The notes below the pieces were generated by a model, which saw only the letters and a program-made list of their open reading frames with translations, was not told where the DNA came from and searched no databases. A DNA stretch of 52,456 bases, filler included, from Jimgerdemannia flammicorona (lineage: Eukaryota): NCBI GenBank assembly GCA_003990765.1. It is 2 parts of 2 records of this genome, joined end to end, with 100 filler letters (N's around TTAATTAATTAA, not from the genome) between each part and the next. Parts side by side here need not be neighbours in the genome. Positions count along the whole stretch, not along the records: positions 1 to 26,185 come from RBNJ01000752.1; 1 more part is not named here. One strand, given 5' to 3'. Shown here piece after piece: positions 12,844-26,285 of the stretch. How positions within the stretch are numbered: position 1 is the first letter of the stretch; every line of letters begins with the position of its first letter. A program made the position numbers and the translations under genes.

Positions 12844-14041
12844 CATAGCAGCTCCTTTCTCCGCTACCTTACCAGTCACAAGGTTTGGTAGGCAACCTTC
12901 CGAGTCCCCTTTCCCCTAATATTACCCCCTCTACCTCGGGTTGGTTTGCTGTGCCTGCAGGGGCATGGTGGGAGGAGGGCAATGGTGATGAGTTGCCCCT
13001 TTATCGGTGTCGGATCGGTGCTTCCTCCACTTTTTCGCAGATTCTGGTGCCTTCAGCTGCGTCTGGGGTATACCCGTTTTAGTGTGGCACCTTCTTCCTT
13101 TTGCCGTCGCCAACAAGGAGTTGTCTCGGTGTGTCTCGGGCTACATAGGGAGTCGGCCGACCTTGGGCGTCAAGTGCTCAGTGTAGGTTACCTGCAGGTC
13201 CTCGGTGCCTGTGGTGGGGCCCTCTGGCTTTGGCGAGCTTCCCGGCGAGCATGGTTCTGGTGTAGGTGACTGTTTTTCAGGTGTTGTCGGGATGGGAGGG
13301 GAGATGGCCATCACAGATAGGCGGAAGGGCGATTACAGTGAACCAGTAGGGTGCCAGGCTGGGGGCGGTCGTTGGGGCTGGGGCAGGTGCTGCTTCAGTG
13401 GGGCCTTTTGATTGGTGCAGCGCGGTTAGGTGGTAGGTGTCACTCTCAGCTTCTTTTGGTGGGTAGCGGGGTGAGGCCCCAGTCGTCAGGGGGGATCGGG
13501 GGGCCTGAGGCTACCCATTTCAGGCATCTTGGCTACACTCAACTGGAACCGGGAGCTGATATGGCAATGTGATCGAGGCCCGCAGGCTTGAGTAGTGGGG
13601 TATTGGGGGTTTCCTCCCACCTCACATGTAAGTCCTTTACTCACCTCGACTGAGAGAACTAGGCCCTACCCACCGTGTTGTACTTTGATGAGGGTTTTTT
13701 CTTTACCTGTCATTCTCTTTGGGGTGGCAGGGGCTATTCTATTTGGCTCGGGCGTGGCCTTATATATACATTGGGTTCTCAGGCATGTGCTTTCAGTCGT
13801 TGGCATATGGTTGGGTTTCCCCTGGTGGTAGGGAGAGCATGGTGTGCAGAATGAGGTGCGGGCTTATCAGCCCTGCTGCGCCTGGCATGGTCGAGCTACT
13901 GGACAATAGCTAGCCTAGATTAGTGGGGGGGTAGTGCTTGGTGGGTGGTGGGGGAGGGTTTTGGCCTATATAGTCTAGGTTCCCTTCCAATAAAAATCCA
14001 TGGGACATGAGTCCATAAAACAAAAAAAAAAAAAAAAAAAA
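12844..14041 (+). mobile_element. 1.2-kb polyadenylated, apparently non-coding retroposon (non-autonomous/SINE-like or LINE 3' region)
   Basis: Target-site duplication aaaccttagtccaaaaa at 12827-12843 and 14042-14058. AATAAA at 13989 and poly(A) at 14022-14041. GC-rich relative to its host. A second copy of its 3' end lies at 31982-32320 (minus strand). Confidence 0.85.
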
Positions 14042-15432
14042 AAACCTTAGTCCAAAAATCTGAATTCAAAAGCAAAAGACAAGTCTGCTTAATATACTTT
14101 GAGAGATATATCTACCAAGAGCTACTTAATTCAGAAAGAATTACAATACTTAAGAGAAATATCTACTCTAAAGCTACTATTTAGAAGATTGTAAGCTTTA
14201 TTCCAATTCATACTCCAGTCTACTTTCTAATATAAAGAAGTCTGACAATTTGGGTATACTTGCAAGACTAAGCCTGAAGATCTGATTTTGGTATACATAT
14301 CAGATAAAGCCTGAAGAATTGTTATTATCTTTAGAAATCTATTGAATTTGCTATATATATTATATAGAATCCACACTATTTATAAAAGTCTGCTAAATCT
14401 GTGCTTAATTAGAAAACTACCAAAATCATCCATATTATACAAATAGAACTTATATCTATTTTTGAGAAAACTCTGAACATTTTATTACTTTTTGACAAAG
14501 TATCTGAGGGCTCAAGCCAATCTGCATAGCTGTCTCAATCTTATAATTTATCTCTATTAAGCTGGGCATATTATATCTGAGAGCTCAACTGGAAAGATTT
14601 TCAAAATATATATAACTTTTTAGCTCACAAGAACCCAATAGTTAAACTAGATACATATATTTGATATAGCATCAATCTCTGCTATTATAGAAGAATGAAT
14701 TATTAGTAATATTTAGACAGAAAGAGAAATAATTATCTCAAGACTTGCCAACTATCTACTATTAGAAGAATTTCAACCAGAAGTTAGTTTAGTATAGAAT
14801 CCTTAATTAGCACTAGCCTAATTATTAAGAATATAACTTATAAATACTTCAGAAGTATCAGCAGACTTACTACTGAGAGATCTGATTTAGCTAAATCAAT
14901 CAGATAATACAGAAAACCCTACTCAAAATTTTGACAAACTTATATAATAACTTGAAGATTATATTATCTAATTTTAATTTTCTCTAGAAGTATTACCAAT
15001 CTCACTACTATCAGGACTAGTATGTATACTCTCTAAGCTTAGTATATTTGAGGATACCAAGAAGTATTCCAGTACTCCAAAAACCAAGTATATACTCTTC
15101 AACTCTCAGCAGTTCAATCAGACTTAGTATATCTACAAGTAAAACAAACTTAAGAACTAAGGAAGAACTAGAAGACAGTAATGATGAAATAGAAGTACTA
15201 TTATCTATATTTACAGATTATCTAGAAGAGGATCTAAGAGAATTTTTAGATACTCTTGAAGAAATTACAGCTCTGAAAGACCTTACTTCTAAGAGATAAA
15301 TTATTATTTTCAAAATATAGTTGAGAGAACTAACTAAAGAAATCTTCACCAGAGCATTAAATGATCCAAACTCTGATCTTGAACAAGCTATAGCTATTGT
15401 AAACTATTATATAGACTAGTATGAAGTTATAT

Positions 15433-17677
15433 TTTTTTTATAGTCACTTGGACTCCGCCTTTATTACCAGTCTATGAATAAGTATACATCAACACCACCC
15501 ACTACCCAATCCCCATAGGGGGGCCCCTCCCCACCTCATGAATAAAAATCACCCTTTCACCAACTACTCCAACTCTCCCCCCACTCTGCCCACAAATTTT
15601 CTCCACTAAATGGCACCTCTGACCACCCTGTAGCCCCCAACCAAGCCACCAGCCTGTTAAGGTGTCTTCCATAAGCCTATGCCACCGCAGCAACTGGTCT
15701 CCCAAGCCCTGTCTCCTCTCATCCTCAAAAACAAATAGCCAATGACTGGCCAGCCCCACCCAAATAGCCAAAGCCCAACCCAAAGTAAGCCACTCCTTCT
15801 CTATCCCCTCTACCAATCAATCCCTCAAGTCCTCCCACCTCCCCTGTGCTTCATCTCCCCTACGCCGTACCCCCAAACATTCCCCAATTGTCCACCAAAA
15901 ATCCCCCAACACCTCACACTCTCCTAGTCAATGTTCAGGTGTCTGTACATAACCCCCCTCCTGCCCTACATTATGGCACTCCTCACAGTTGAAGCCACCC
16001 CCTATGACAAGGTGCCCCAAGTGAAAGTTGAGCATAACATTCCTCTATAGCATGCGCCACCAGACCACCCAGTACTTTGGCGGCATCCACTTTCTCACTG
16101 CAGCACTTCAGGTCCAGATACCATACCAATTCTACTCTTCGCCAATTCCAACTCCTTGCCAACCACTAGGCCACAGATCCTGGCCTGGTCCCCTTTGGCA
16201 TTCCATGCCATCCCCAATGTCGAACTTAATTAAAGGAGTGCCACCCAACAGTATACGATCCCATCTCCACATAGCCAGGTCCCAGTTCTCCTCTCCTTCA
16301 TTCCCCCACCAATGAATACTAATGTAGTGCACCCCTTCCGCAATCCCCCACCAAAATTCTTTATATCACAGTTGTTCAGTGTTCCGAAGTCCAACCAATG
16401 AGAGGAGATCACCAGTTGAGCCCCTTGGCAATGACTGCCTCTCCCAGATCTTCTGTAGCAGAGGAATCCAACCACCTCCTCTCAATTCCACTGCCCTCTT
16501 TAGCCACCATGCTCTCAAGCAGTGTAACCATTTTGGAAAGTCAACCAGCCCAAGACCACCTCTTGCCACTGGTAGGGACAAGGTCTCCCAACCAATCTGA
16601 CTCTGCCTGCCAGCCCAAATCCATCCCTTCACTGACTTCATCAATCTCTTCACCACCCAGGCTAGAAAGTTCAGATGATATACCAGGTACCACAACTTCA
16701 GCAGCCAGTAGATATTCAAGATCAAGACCTGCCCTGCCAGAGAAAATTGTCTTCCCCCCCAACTCCGCAAGGCCTCCTCCCAGATTCCAATCCTCTGCTC
16801 CCACCAAAGCCTGGGCAGAACTGACCCATAGACTGACAAGTAGATGCCTAAGTATTGCACCGCTTCACCAGTGGGGATGATTGTTCCTATAACTTCCCCT
16901 CCCACCAGACCATTGCTGAGCACCATCGTTTCACACTTATGCCAATCAGCTTAGCTCCAGAGTTCTCCTCATACCACTCTACAGTCTTCTTAAGCTCTTC
17001 AACATCAGCAATCGAACCCAAACCCACCACCATGTCATCTGCAAAGGCCCCAACTTTCTATCCTATGCCAAAGACAGAGAGCCCCACTATCCTTCTCTGA
17101 ATTCTGTCCATAAGGGGTTCCAGGGAAAGAGCATACAAAATGGGGGACAGTGGGTCCCCCTGGGGCACCCCCCTACCCAAGGGGAAAGCCACCCCTCTAT
17201 GTCTATTACACATAAGTGCAGCCCTACTCCCTTCCAGTAAGCTGACCATTGCTGACCAGAATTGGTGCAGAACCCCCATTCTATCCAAAACTTTCGCCAG
17301 CCAGACTCTTCGCACCCAGTCATATGCCTTCTCCTGGTCCAAGAAGACTAGATGCCCATCCAGTCCACAGGTCCTTGCCCCTTCGATAATGCCATGTACC
17401 CAGGCAGTGCCATCCCTGATGAGCCAACCACCCACAAATCCCCTCTGCTCAACACCCACAACTTGCTGGACCACCTTCTGTAGTCTTGCTACCACCACCT
17501 TAGTCACCAACTTTCTGTCCATATCTAGCAACATTATCAGCCACCAGTTCTTCCAATCCTCCCACCTTCCTTTGTTTTTACAAAGCAGTGTCACTAGCCC
17601 AAGGTCCTGCTCCCCCACCCATCTCTCTGTCTGTAGAATCAGGTCACACAATGCTGTCATCTCTCCCATTACCCCTG
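15433..17677 (-). mobile_element. 5'-truncated L1/Tx1-like LINE (RT pseudogene)
   Basis: TSD gactagtatgaagttatat at 15414-15432 and 17678-17696, with a short T-tract at the left end. RT motifs LLDMDRKLVTK, EQRGFV, FLDQEKAYD, GVPQGDPLSP, GAFADDMVV and YLGIYL. Several stops and frameshifts. Confidence 0.92.
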
Positions 17678-20600
17678 GACTAGTATGAAGTTATATCTCA
17701 CTAGCTTATTAAAAGTATACTAAAACTGAAACTTACTATAAAGTCAAAAAATCTATCATAAATATAAAGATAAATCTTAGAGAATCTCTACAAATATTCC
17801 TTATAAGAATTTAGAAGAGAATATATATTACTGAATTCAATGCTATCAACCAAGACATTATTGGTTCAATAATCTTTATGAATGAGATTTCTCTCAATAT
17901 TGTCCAGCATGTCTGCACTCTTAATATCAAGAGATCTGATGAATAAGTAGATATAGCTCAAGAATATTTCAATACCAAACAAGACACTACTTAGAATGAT
18001 AATAAAAGAGAAGATAAAGAAGACTACTTAGTCAAAACTCTCTTTCTCTAAAAAAAACTCAAGAGAAAAAGAATCTATAAAGAAATAAAAGAAGGATAAG
18101 AATTAAATTTAAGAGCTTAGCTCTAAACTAAACTGATTAGTTAGAAAAATTGAAAACCTCACTATATGCTAAAATCAGAGCTATCTATAAGACAGTAAGA
18201 GTTATACCCTATAAAGAAATTAAGATTACTCACTCAGAGATAATAAGAGCTATCAGATATAAGAAGAAAGAAAGTATTTACTCAGAGATAAAGTTCAATA
18301 TTTTTACAATAGATAGTTTAGATACTATATTATAAAATATAATAACAGAAGAAGTAATTGAAGAGACTTAGAACTATCAAATTAAAAGAAACTTAGTATA
18401 AGAAGACTAAAGCCCACTCTATAGAAGACTTTGAAAAAAGTAATTATGAAAGCTATAGTAATCTAGACCTATATCTGATCAAGGTTATCTCTAAGAAAAT
18501 GGTCTACTCTGTCAAAAAAGATCAATAGAAAGACTATCTAGAAGAGTAGATAAAAGTACTATTCAGAAGAAAGATAAAGAAAATAAGAAAAAACAGATTA
18601 CAGAAAACTATTTATCTGAAGATAAAGAAATAGAGTAAGAAGAACAAAAGCCCACTATCTAAAATCTAAAAAGAAGTATATCTCAAAGAATATATTCTGA
18701 GATATCTATAATAAAGCCTGAAAAAAAATTCAAAAAGTCAAAATAGAAGTCTCTTTTCTATAATTCTTATAATTGATATATATCTGCTAGAGTTTAAAAT
18801 AAATTATTAAGAACCATCAGATCTAGTACTGGCTGAGTTCTAATCCTATAATAAGAATCTGCACCAGTTACTATCCAGGCTACTGAAAGATATATCAATA
18901 TATATCTATAAGAAATATTAAATAACAGAAGGCAAAAATTCTTATTGATATAGAAGTAGCTGTCTATATTATTGTTAAAAAATTTTAGATACTCTTTAGT
19001 GGTCCATTGATAGACCATTTAATCTCAATATCATAGTAGTAGATAGAGTTCAAACTCAACTCCTAGGAGAAGTATAAAACATTACTATCTCTTAGATACA
19101 TCTAGTTCTTTATTCTAAAAGCTATTATTATCAAAGCTATTACTTATAATATAATCCTTAGTACTAACTGGATGAAGGAAATAAATATAATTATTGATAT
19201 TAGTCAACAGATGCTCAAATTTGACTATAGAGAAAAAAATTATCAAATTAAGATGACTAGCTATAAGTAATCTAAAAAGAAGAATAGCTAGTAGTAAAGA
19301 ATCTACTATAGAGAAAGAGAAAGAATCTGAAGATAAAAATAACTCTAGGCTATACTTATAAATCAATCTAGTAGATAATAGATTAGAAGATAATATATAA
19401 GTATAAGATACTATCTCTATTACAATTAAGTTATTATAGGATAAGTTTTTTTATTTTTTATTTTTTATTTTTATTTTTATTATTAAATAAGTAGACAATA
19501 GAGGAGGAGTTTTTAGCAAGATGTGATACTGATATAGTAGATATGAAGGTCAGTGGTAAAAGTTAAATAGTAAGAAATGATCAGTTTATGTAAATTTTCA
19601 CAATAGAATAGAAAGGCAAAATAAAGTGTTTTCTGAAGCAAGGTGTAATTGATCTGCAACCTGCCCACAGTACCACAATATGTGATAGTCTTTATTCAAA
19701 ATTGAAAACAAAGTTCAAGTATAAGAGATATGGATCTAATTCTGGAATTCCAGAATTAGAATGGTATATAAGTACTCAGACCTTGTCTCAATTTAAACAA
19801 AAGTCTGAATTAAGCATCATCAATCTATATATATGATAGGCCATTAAAAACCTGATATAGAAATGATTCAAAAAAGGTACTGGTCATGTAATAAAATGTT
19901 ATACATATATAAACAAATGCTAAAAATGGGACTAGACTAATAGTGATCACATATCATTATGTGATTATTACTTATAAGTTTAAAACCCTAAAAATTGTCA
20001 GCATCCAAAGGTACAGATATCAGGCCTAGAGTCTTATGACTGGAGTAGAGTAGAGCCTTGGTACTGGAGTGAGCAAAGTAAGTAGAGATAGACAGATATC
20101 ATAGAGTATAGATATATAGGCATTAGACCTAGAGCCTTATACTGAAAATTGTCTAGTGATTTTTTGTATTTTTAAATATTATATGACATGTATAGGCAGT
20201 GTAGTCTCAAGGAGAACTTAGAGTGAAACTGGTATTTGAGATGGTATTAAGAATGGTAAAACCATTCTTCTAGATGATAATTAGTTATCAGACAGTTGTA
20301 GGGAAACCAAAATGAAGCAAAGCAGTATATAGAGTCTTATCAGGCTGTTGATATAGCCATTGGGCCATGTCATATTAAATAACAAGCAGTAGGGAAGTAA
20401 AAGTAGAGTGAGGAATGGGAGAGTAGGAATAAAGGAGAGGAGTTAAAAGAGAAGTTCAAACCTTAAGCCAATCAATCAAACTCAATTGAGTGGTCACAAT
20501 ATCAACAGAGTAACCTTTTCTGTAAACTAGAAATTTGGCCAAAGACTAACACTCATCAAGCCAATTATGGCAAAATGAGCAGAGTAATAATAAGCAGTAA

Positions 20601-20713
20601 GTCTCATTCACAATATATAGATATAGTATCTTTCTAGGATGATTACTCAACCAGTCAATAAACTATATACTATATAGAAATTTGGCAAAGTGGTCTATGC
20701 AGAACAGTGCAAC

Positions 20714-21180
20714 TCAGATTTCCAAGTCCAAGTAATAGTATAGTCTAGTGGATAAGACTTCCCATTCAATACAATAGTATAGAGGGTACATGGTACTAAA
20801 GATCAAGGCCAAGTCCATAATTACAGGTATAAAGATAATTAGATTATCAATAAAGTAGTAGAACTTAATCTTGACAGTGATGGCTCTGCTGAGCAAATAA
20901 TCAGGTACTTACAAGACATATAATTTATGAGCAAAACTAATAAGATTGGCAAGATCCAGAGTACAATTAGTGTCCATAGCTATGCCAGTCACTGAGTAAA
21001 AGGAACCAATGGCAGATATAAATATTATATGAGTTATAACTATACAGACAAGGTCTAGAACAGCTTTGAGCAGCAAAGAGCCAGAGGGAAAGGTCACAGT
21101 TGACAAAAAGGTGAGGTAGTTAATGTACTTATCTAATGTGATTCTGGTATAAAAAGTAGTAAAATCTTCAGTGGTAACAT
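20714..21180 (-). mobile_element. Penelope-like (PLE-type) reverse transcriptase remnant; the element may span ~19447-22830
   Basis: Three motifs in one reading frame: TTEDFTTFYTRI (motif A-like), GIAMDTNCTLDLANL (PLE-type GxxMGTNCAPxxANL with transitions) and YYFIDNLI (xIDD with D>N). One in-frame stop at ~20910. A (T)nA-rich tract lies at 19447-19485. Confidence 0.6.
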
Positions 21181-22767
21181 ATATAGTAGCAATTTGATAT
21201 GTCTAAGTAATCTAATTGAACTAATTATAATAGTTCTAATATATCACATAGAGGCAAATATTACAAATAACCCACATTATGGTATAGATGGACTGACTAC
21301 AGATAGAGAAAGTGAGATAGAAAATATAAAATCTCAGTCATGGGAGAGTTAAATGTCCCAACAATAGGGTGTCATACTATATGAGTCTCTTTGTATATCT
21401 TGGATAGTATATGAAACATGGGTAGCTTATATTTATTAGGCTCTATGAGGTGTTCTCAAATTGGCATATAACTTGAATTGCTGATACAGAACTCCAATAG
21501 ATCTAGTAGGTCTAACCTCACTGATTCTTTTATGTTATCAATTGTAGAGGGATCATTCATATATACAGGATCATGAAGGAGAGACTGAAGACCATCGAGA
21601 TATAGAGTATATAGAATTACAGTAAACTCTAGATTTTTATTAGTAAGACAGACTATGAAGTTATCATAAGTATAGATATTTTTGAGAAGATGTCAGAACT
21701 TCTTCAGTACAAGCACACTGAATACATTCATTGTGGATTAGATAGCTTGATTTAATATAGTACTTATATGAAGTATAATTTGTATATTTTTTATATAGTA
21801 TAGTGGTCTATTTTGATTGTACCTAGGTGGAGATCTCTAGAACATCATCAGGATTATCCATAGAGGTCCAGAAAGGTGGCAAGGTCAAGATGCCATTGGA
21901 ATGATGACAATGAAATCAGATTGATGGTACTGTTCATTGATGTCGATCTGGAGAGAATAAACTTAGAGCTAAAGTTCAACATATATGTGAGCTCAGAGGT
22001 AAGCCAAGGTAGAGATATATTAGTAATAAAGTTCTCTTCAGTAAATATCTGAAACTGAGGAATGAAAAACTGACTTAAGTAGGAACCAGAAAGAGTAGAC
22101 ACAAAGACAAAATCCTGAATTGGTATTGAAGTCACTACTCTATATAGAATGGAGACATCAGGGCCAAACTATGCTACCAGGAAATCATATAAGACTTCCA
22201 GACTAGGGACCTCTAGTTTTTTGATACTAGAGGACAGACATCATTAGCATTATACCAGATGATATAATGTTTGGCAGCAGTATACTTGTTGTACTATAAC
22301 ATAAAAGCTCTGGCAGTACTTTTAGATGAGCAGCTTGAAGTCAATGAGTAGCTCATACTAGTAGAAGTGGAAGAAACAGATAGGGAAGGTGAAGCCTTAT
22401 ATGCTTACTTGACCCCTTTTACAGAACCCTCTGACAAAGCAGAGAATAGAGGGCAAGGACCCTGATGGGCCTTTGTAGATATACCAAGATGTCCAGAACA
22501 GTTGCAGTAATTCAGTACAGCAGAGGCTGAAGTCATGCTCACCCCCTTGACCTTTTCTGTGGTCCCCATAAGTACAATAATAGAGGATCAGAGAGTGGGG
22601 ACACTCTTTTTTGGCTAGGTGGAACTAGCAGTAGTAGAAGCAAACATGCATTTAGTACCCAGAGTAATGATCTTGGGGTACTTCCTAAGTTCTTTAACTA
22701 CAACTTTGCAAGTGATAATGGTAATCCCTTCTTGAAGGGATGAGGATATAATGACTGTTAGGTAGAC

Positions 22768-22817
22768 TGCAGCAGCAGCAGCAGCAGCAGCAGCTTTAGC
22801 AGTAGCAGTAGCAGCAA
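22768..22817. repeat. (GCA)n/(GTA GCA) microsatellite
   Basis: Read directly. Confidence 0.85.
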
Positions 22818-22869
22818 GATGGTGAAATTGATACACAATAATGTCAAAACCACAGAGCAGAAACAAGTT

Positions 22870-25800
22870 TATCTTGGCTCAGTCAGTGGCAGCAAGGGTG
22901 GCAATATTCTTACCAGCCCCTTGGGTTGTAAGCATACAACCTTTAAGCTACTGGAATCACATGTCACCTTCCAAACAAGCCACTGGAATCACACACAACC
23001 TCTGAACAAAATCTGGAAATCACCTGCACAATCATGAAGCTGAGTCAAACCGAAGTTACAGTGCACAAAGCTGAGTCAATACAAAGTCACAGAACACAAG
23101 ATTTATACAAACAGAATCTTACCAATCAGGACCAAATGCATATATACTGAGCACCAAGACATGTTGAAACAGAGAACCAAAACAAACAATAAGTACAACT
23201 TCTGAACATACATAAATATGACCACCGAGATCTATAACCACATCTGCACTGATATTTGAAATGCCATTATCAACTGAGCCACACCCCCTCTGCCCCTCAT
23301 GAATATCCACAGTCTAGCACCCCTCTACTTTGTGAAAGCCTGATGGAATGCCCTGAATATGCTTAGTGAGGCCTACTGAATCAGACAAATCTCAAGCTAC
23401 TATCAGATCAGCTACCTCCTAGAAGATATGGTTGAACACCACCATGACACAGATATTACCCAGATGTCTCAACACTAGAAACTCATTGCCCACAAACACC
23501 AAGAACTCTTTTATAAGTATAGCACCATTATTCCCCATTTCCGAGTTACTATCAGCAAAATGATTGCTACTCTGTCTTATGGCCAAATTGATGACATGAT
23601 ACAAGAACTCAACTACAAGTATCTTGAGTACATTCAGACTATAGACAGAACCTTCCCACACCTCAATGACCATATCCTGCAAATGCCTCAAGTTGGATAT
23701 GCTATAAAAGATATCTATGATATAATCTGATTTGACAAAGATGAAGTAGAAGACAATGATCCTGCTGACACTGATATGATCTCAAGCCAAGAATCCCTGC
23801 CAACTCTGATTACTCTGCCAACCTTACTGATGAACTTGCAACAGTTCATAACCATCTATGAGACCTATTGGAACAATGACTACTGGTACAATTACCAACC
23901 TGTGTTTACTCTTGATTACTTCAACTATAATGAAGAGACCAGAGAACACAACCTGTATCTTCAGACAACTCTTGAGATTGAATCAACAACTCTACCACCT
24001 GAGTATGAGCAATATGAACCACAGCCATTAGCTTACTACAACCCCACAACTCATAGTGCTATAACCTATAGAAGATATGTAGACAGCAAATCTGATGAAA
24101 GTGAAGATGATGCACCACTCCTTTGCCCACCAACTCCATATCCAGCATATGAAACAGATGATGCTATCCTGTGGGATGGTGATGAAGTCCCAATATATTA
24201 CTACCTCAGTGAATAGGGAGAATTAGTCTATGAATAACTCTTCCTAGACAACTACTTCATCAGAGATGATATTATTGATAGTAATATCATCTAAGACTAC
24301 CCAGACAGTATCTAAATCTATAAATAGCTTAGCAGTTATAGCATAGTTAGATTAGTCTTATATGACATGACTGTGAACTGACTCAGCAGTTAGATGATCT
24401 CTTGATATATCAGATCACACTTATACTATATGACTGCATTCTGACTCAGCAAGGCACTAAGTACTATATCCATATTCAGTATAGTCTAGATAGCCCCTCA
24501 CTAGTATAAATACCCCCTCCCCCAGACCTCAGAATCTCAGACTCGAATACATAAGAACATTCCTAAACACTTCCCCACAATATTCCTTTACACAACTACT
24601 CCTAGTATAGTAATATCATGAATAGCAAATAAATTTATTTAATAACCCACAAACCACTCTTAAATAAATCTGCTCCCTGTTAGGTCCCACTCCTAAACCC
24701 ATCACGAAATTTCCTAATTGGGTATTGTCTGCAGTGATATGCCAATTCAACTAAGCTGGCCTTAGTTTCTTGAACTTCCTAAAATATGAAAAATCCTGAA
24801 TATCCAGAACTAGTCTGGAAAAGGACTTTGGTTGAGACATCAATCTGATCTTGAAATCAATAAGCATAGAGGACATACTCTATATGAAATTGATCTTGAC
24901 CTTAAGAAAACAGTCTTCCAGAATATCCAGAACTTCTAGAAAACTCTTCCAGAACTACATAACAGTTATCCTAACAAGAAACCCTCTTACAACTTGTTAG
25001 CAGTAATTTACAATCCAATTCCACTTCAAGATGCTTCCTCACCCCACTACAAACCCTTCTGAAAATTTCTACAAGTTGGTATAAAGCCCAACCTCTGAAC
25101 TGGAATTTATCCTGAACCATCTGATAATCTGGAGAGAATTGAACCTGATGTACAAGGACAATTTGACCTCCATATCTGCAACAAGTGGGACAAACTTTAT
25201 TCAAAGAAAGAAATACTCCAGTTAAACCAGCAGATAGGTGAATTTCTATATACTGAACTTCTTGTACTATACCCAGCAAGTCAAGATGAAAAAGGTCTTA
25301 TAGAAGTCTTCTTTACTCTACTCAATAAGAGTTTTGTCAGCTCTACAAATCCAAGTGATCTGGGACAACCATCAGCAGTCTTTCTAATCTTAGTCCCTCA
25401 TGAAGCCCAAGTCTCCATAGCCAAGTGGCTCAACTCCACTGATTTTCACCACACCAGAACTAAGACTGCATTATACTACTGATTTCAGAACAGCAAGACC
25501 CACCATATTCTTAAGGAAGAAGCAAGAGAAATCCTTCATCAACAATCTGACTCCAAACCAGAAGTAGGTCCAGCTACAGCCCTACCTGAACCCAAAACCA
25601 ATATCAAACCAGAACTTGACTTTGAATTAAGTCCTTCTGAAATCAGATATATAACTGATTCTATCTACTTTGATGCTGAGCAAACCCAACTACATGGAGA
25701 TCAAACCAAAGAGAAGAAGAAGTATCTCAGTGAATTCAATCCCAGATACACTACTGAAGGAGACACACCTCCATCAGGACAGAACACACCTATACAGCAA

Positions 25801-26160
25801 CAAACAGCTATTTATTGAGCCCTTACTCCAGACCCACAATTACTGCTCCAGCAACTTACACAGACCCAAAGAACTCCATCACACTCTGCACCAGTACCTC
25901 AAGTAGTACCAGTAACACTACTACCAGCAGTCCAACTATCTCCAGTAAACAATATGGTGAACCAACAGATTCTAGACCTCACAGCCCAGGTAGTGATAAT
26001 GGTAGCAACTATTACTGCCTTAGCTGAACAGACCCAACATACCAAAAATCTGAGCCTATCTACTTTCAATGGTACTGCACAAGAAGTCCAAATTAGTATA
26101 GTTGATATTAACTTTGAAGCCAATCAATGGACAAATGAGCAAGTTGCTGACCACCTTCTT
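22870..26160 (+). mobile_element. CpG-depleted repeat remnant, possibly LTR/gag-derived
   Basis: Almost no CpG, and fragmented coding-like frames. TATAAATA with an LTR-like context at ~24505. Weak gag-like peptide (LSLSTFNGT) at ~26050. No diagnostic domain. Confidence 0.25.
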
Positions 26161-26185
26161 TTTTTTTTTTTTTTTTTTTTTTTTT

Positions 26186-26285
26186 NNNNNNNNNNNNNNN
26201 NNNNNNNNNNNNNNNNNNNNNNNNNNNNNTTAATTAATTAANNNNNNNNNNNNNNNNNNNNNNNNNNNNNNNNNNNNNNNNNNNN
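26186..26285. other. Artificial contig-joining spacer (N44-TTAATTAATTAA-N44)
   Basis: Exactly 100 nt, symmetric, with a palindromic 12-mer that gives stop codons in all six frames. Confidence 0.97.

Larger units (their letters stand above)
12467..19440 (+). mobile_element. Heavily mutated, probably LTR-retrotransposon remnant hosting two nested insertions
   Basis: Starts at TGTGACG where the composition switches abruptly to CpG-poor. An LTR-like region with tandem repeats and TATA/AATAAA follows. The stop-riddled AT-rich body includes KFLIDIEVAVYII (~18935-18973), compatible with a G>A/C>T-decayed aspartic protease xLIDTGA motif. No second LTR was identified. Confidence 0.4.

Noticed and set aside
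21854..22140. Possible APE endonuclease motifs (SDFNT, STINLI) upstream of the PLE-like RT
   Set aside because: The motifs are in different frames of heavily mutated DNA and could be chance.
26230..26241. TTAATTAATTAA palindrome inside the N-run, and ORFs that appear to end there
   Set aside because: Synthetic six-frame-stop linker. The ends of ORFs 25954-26241 and 26230-27753 are artefacts, and no linkage between the two halves can be assumed.
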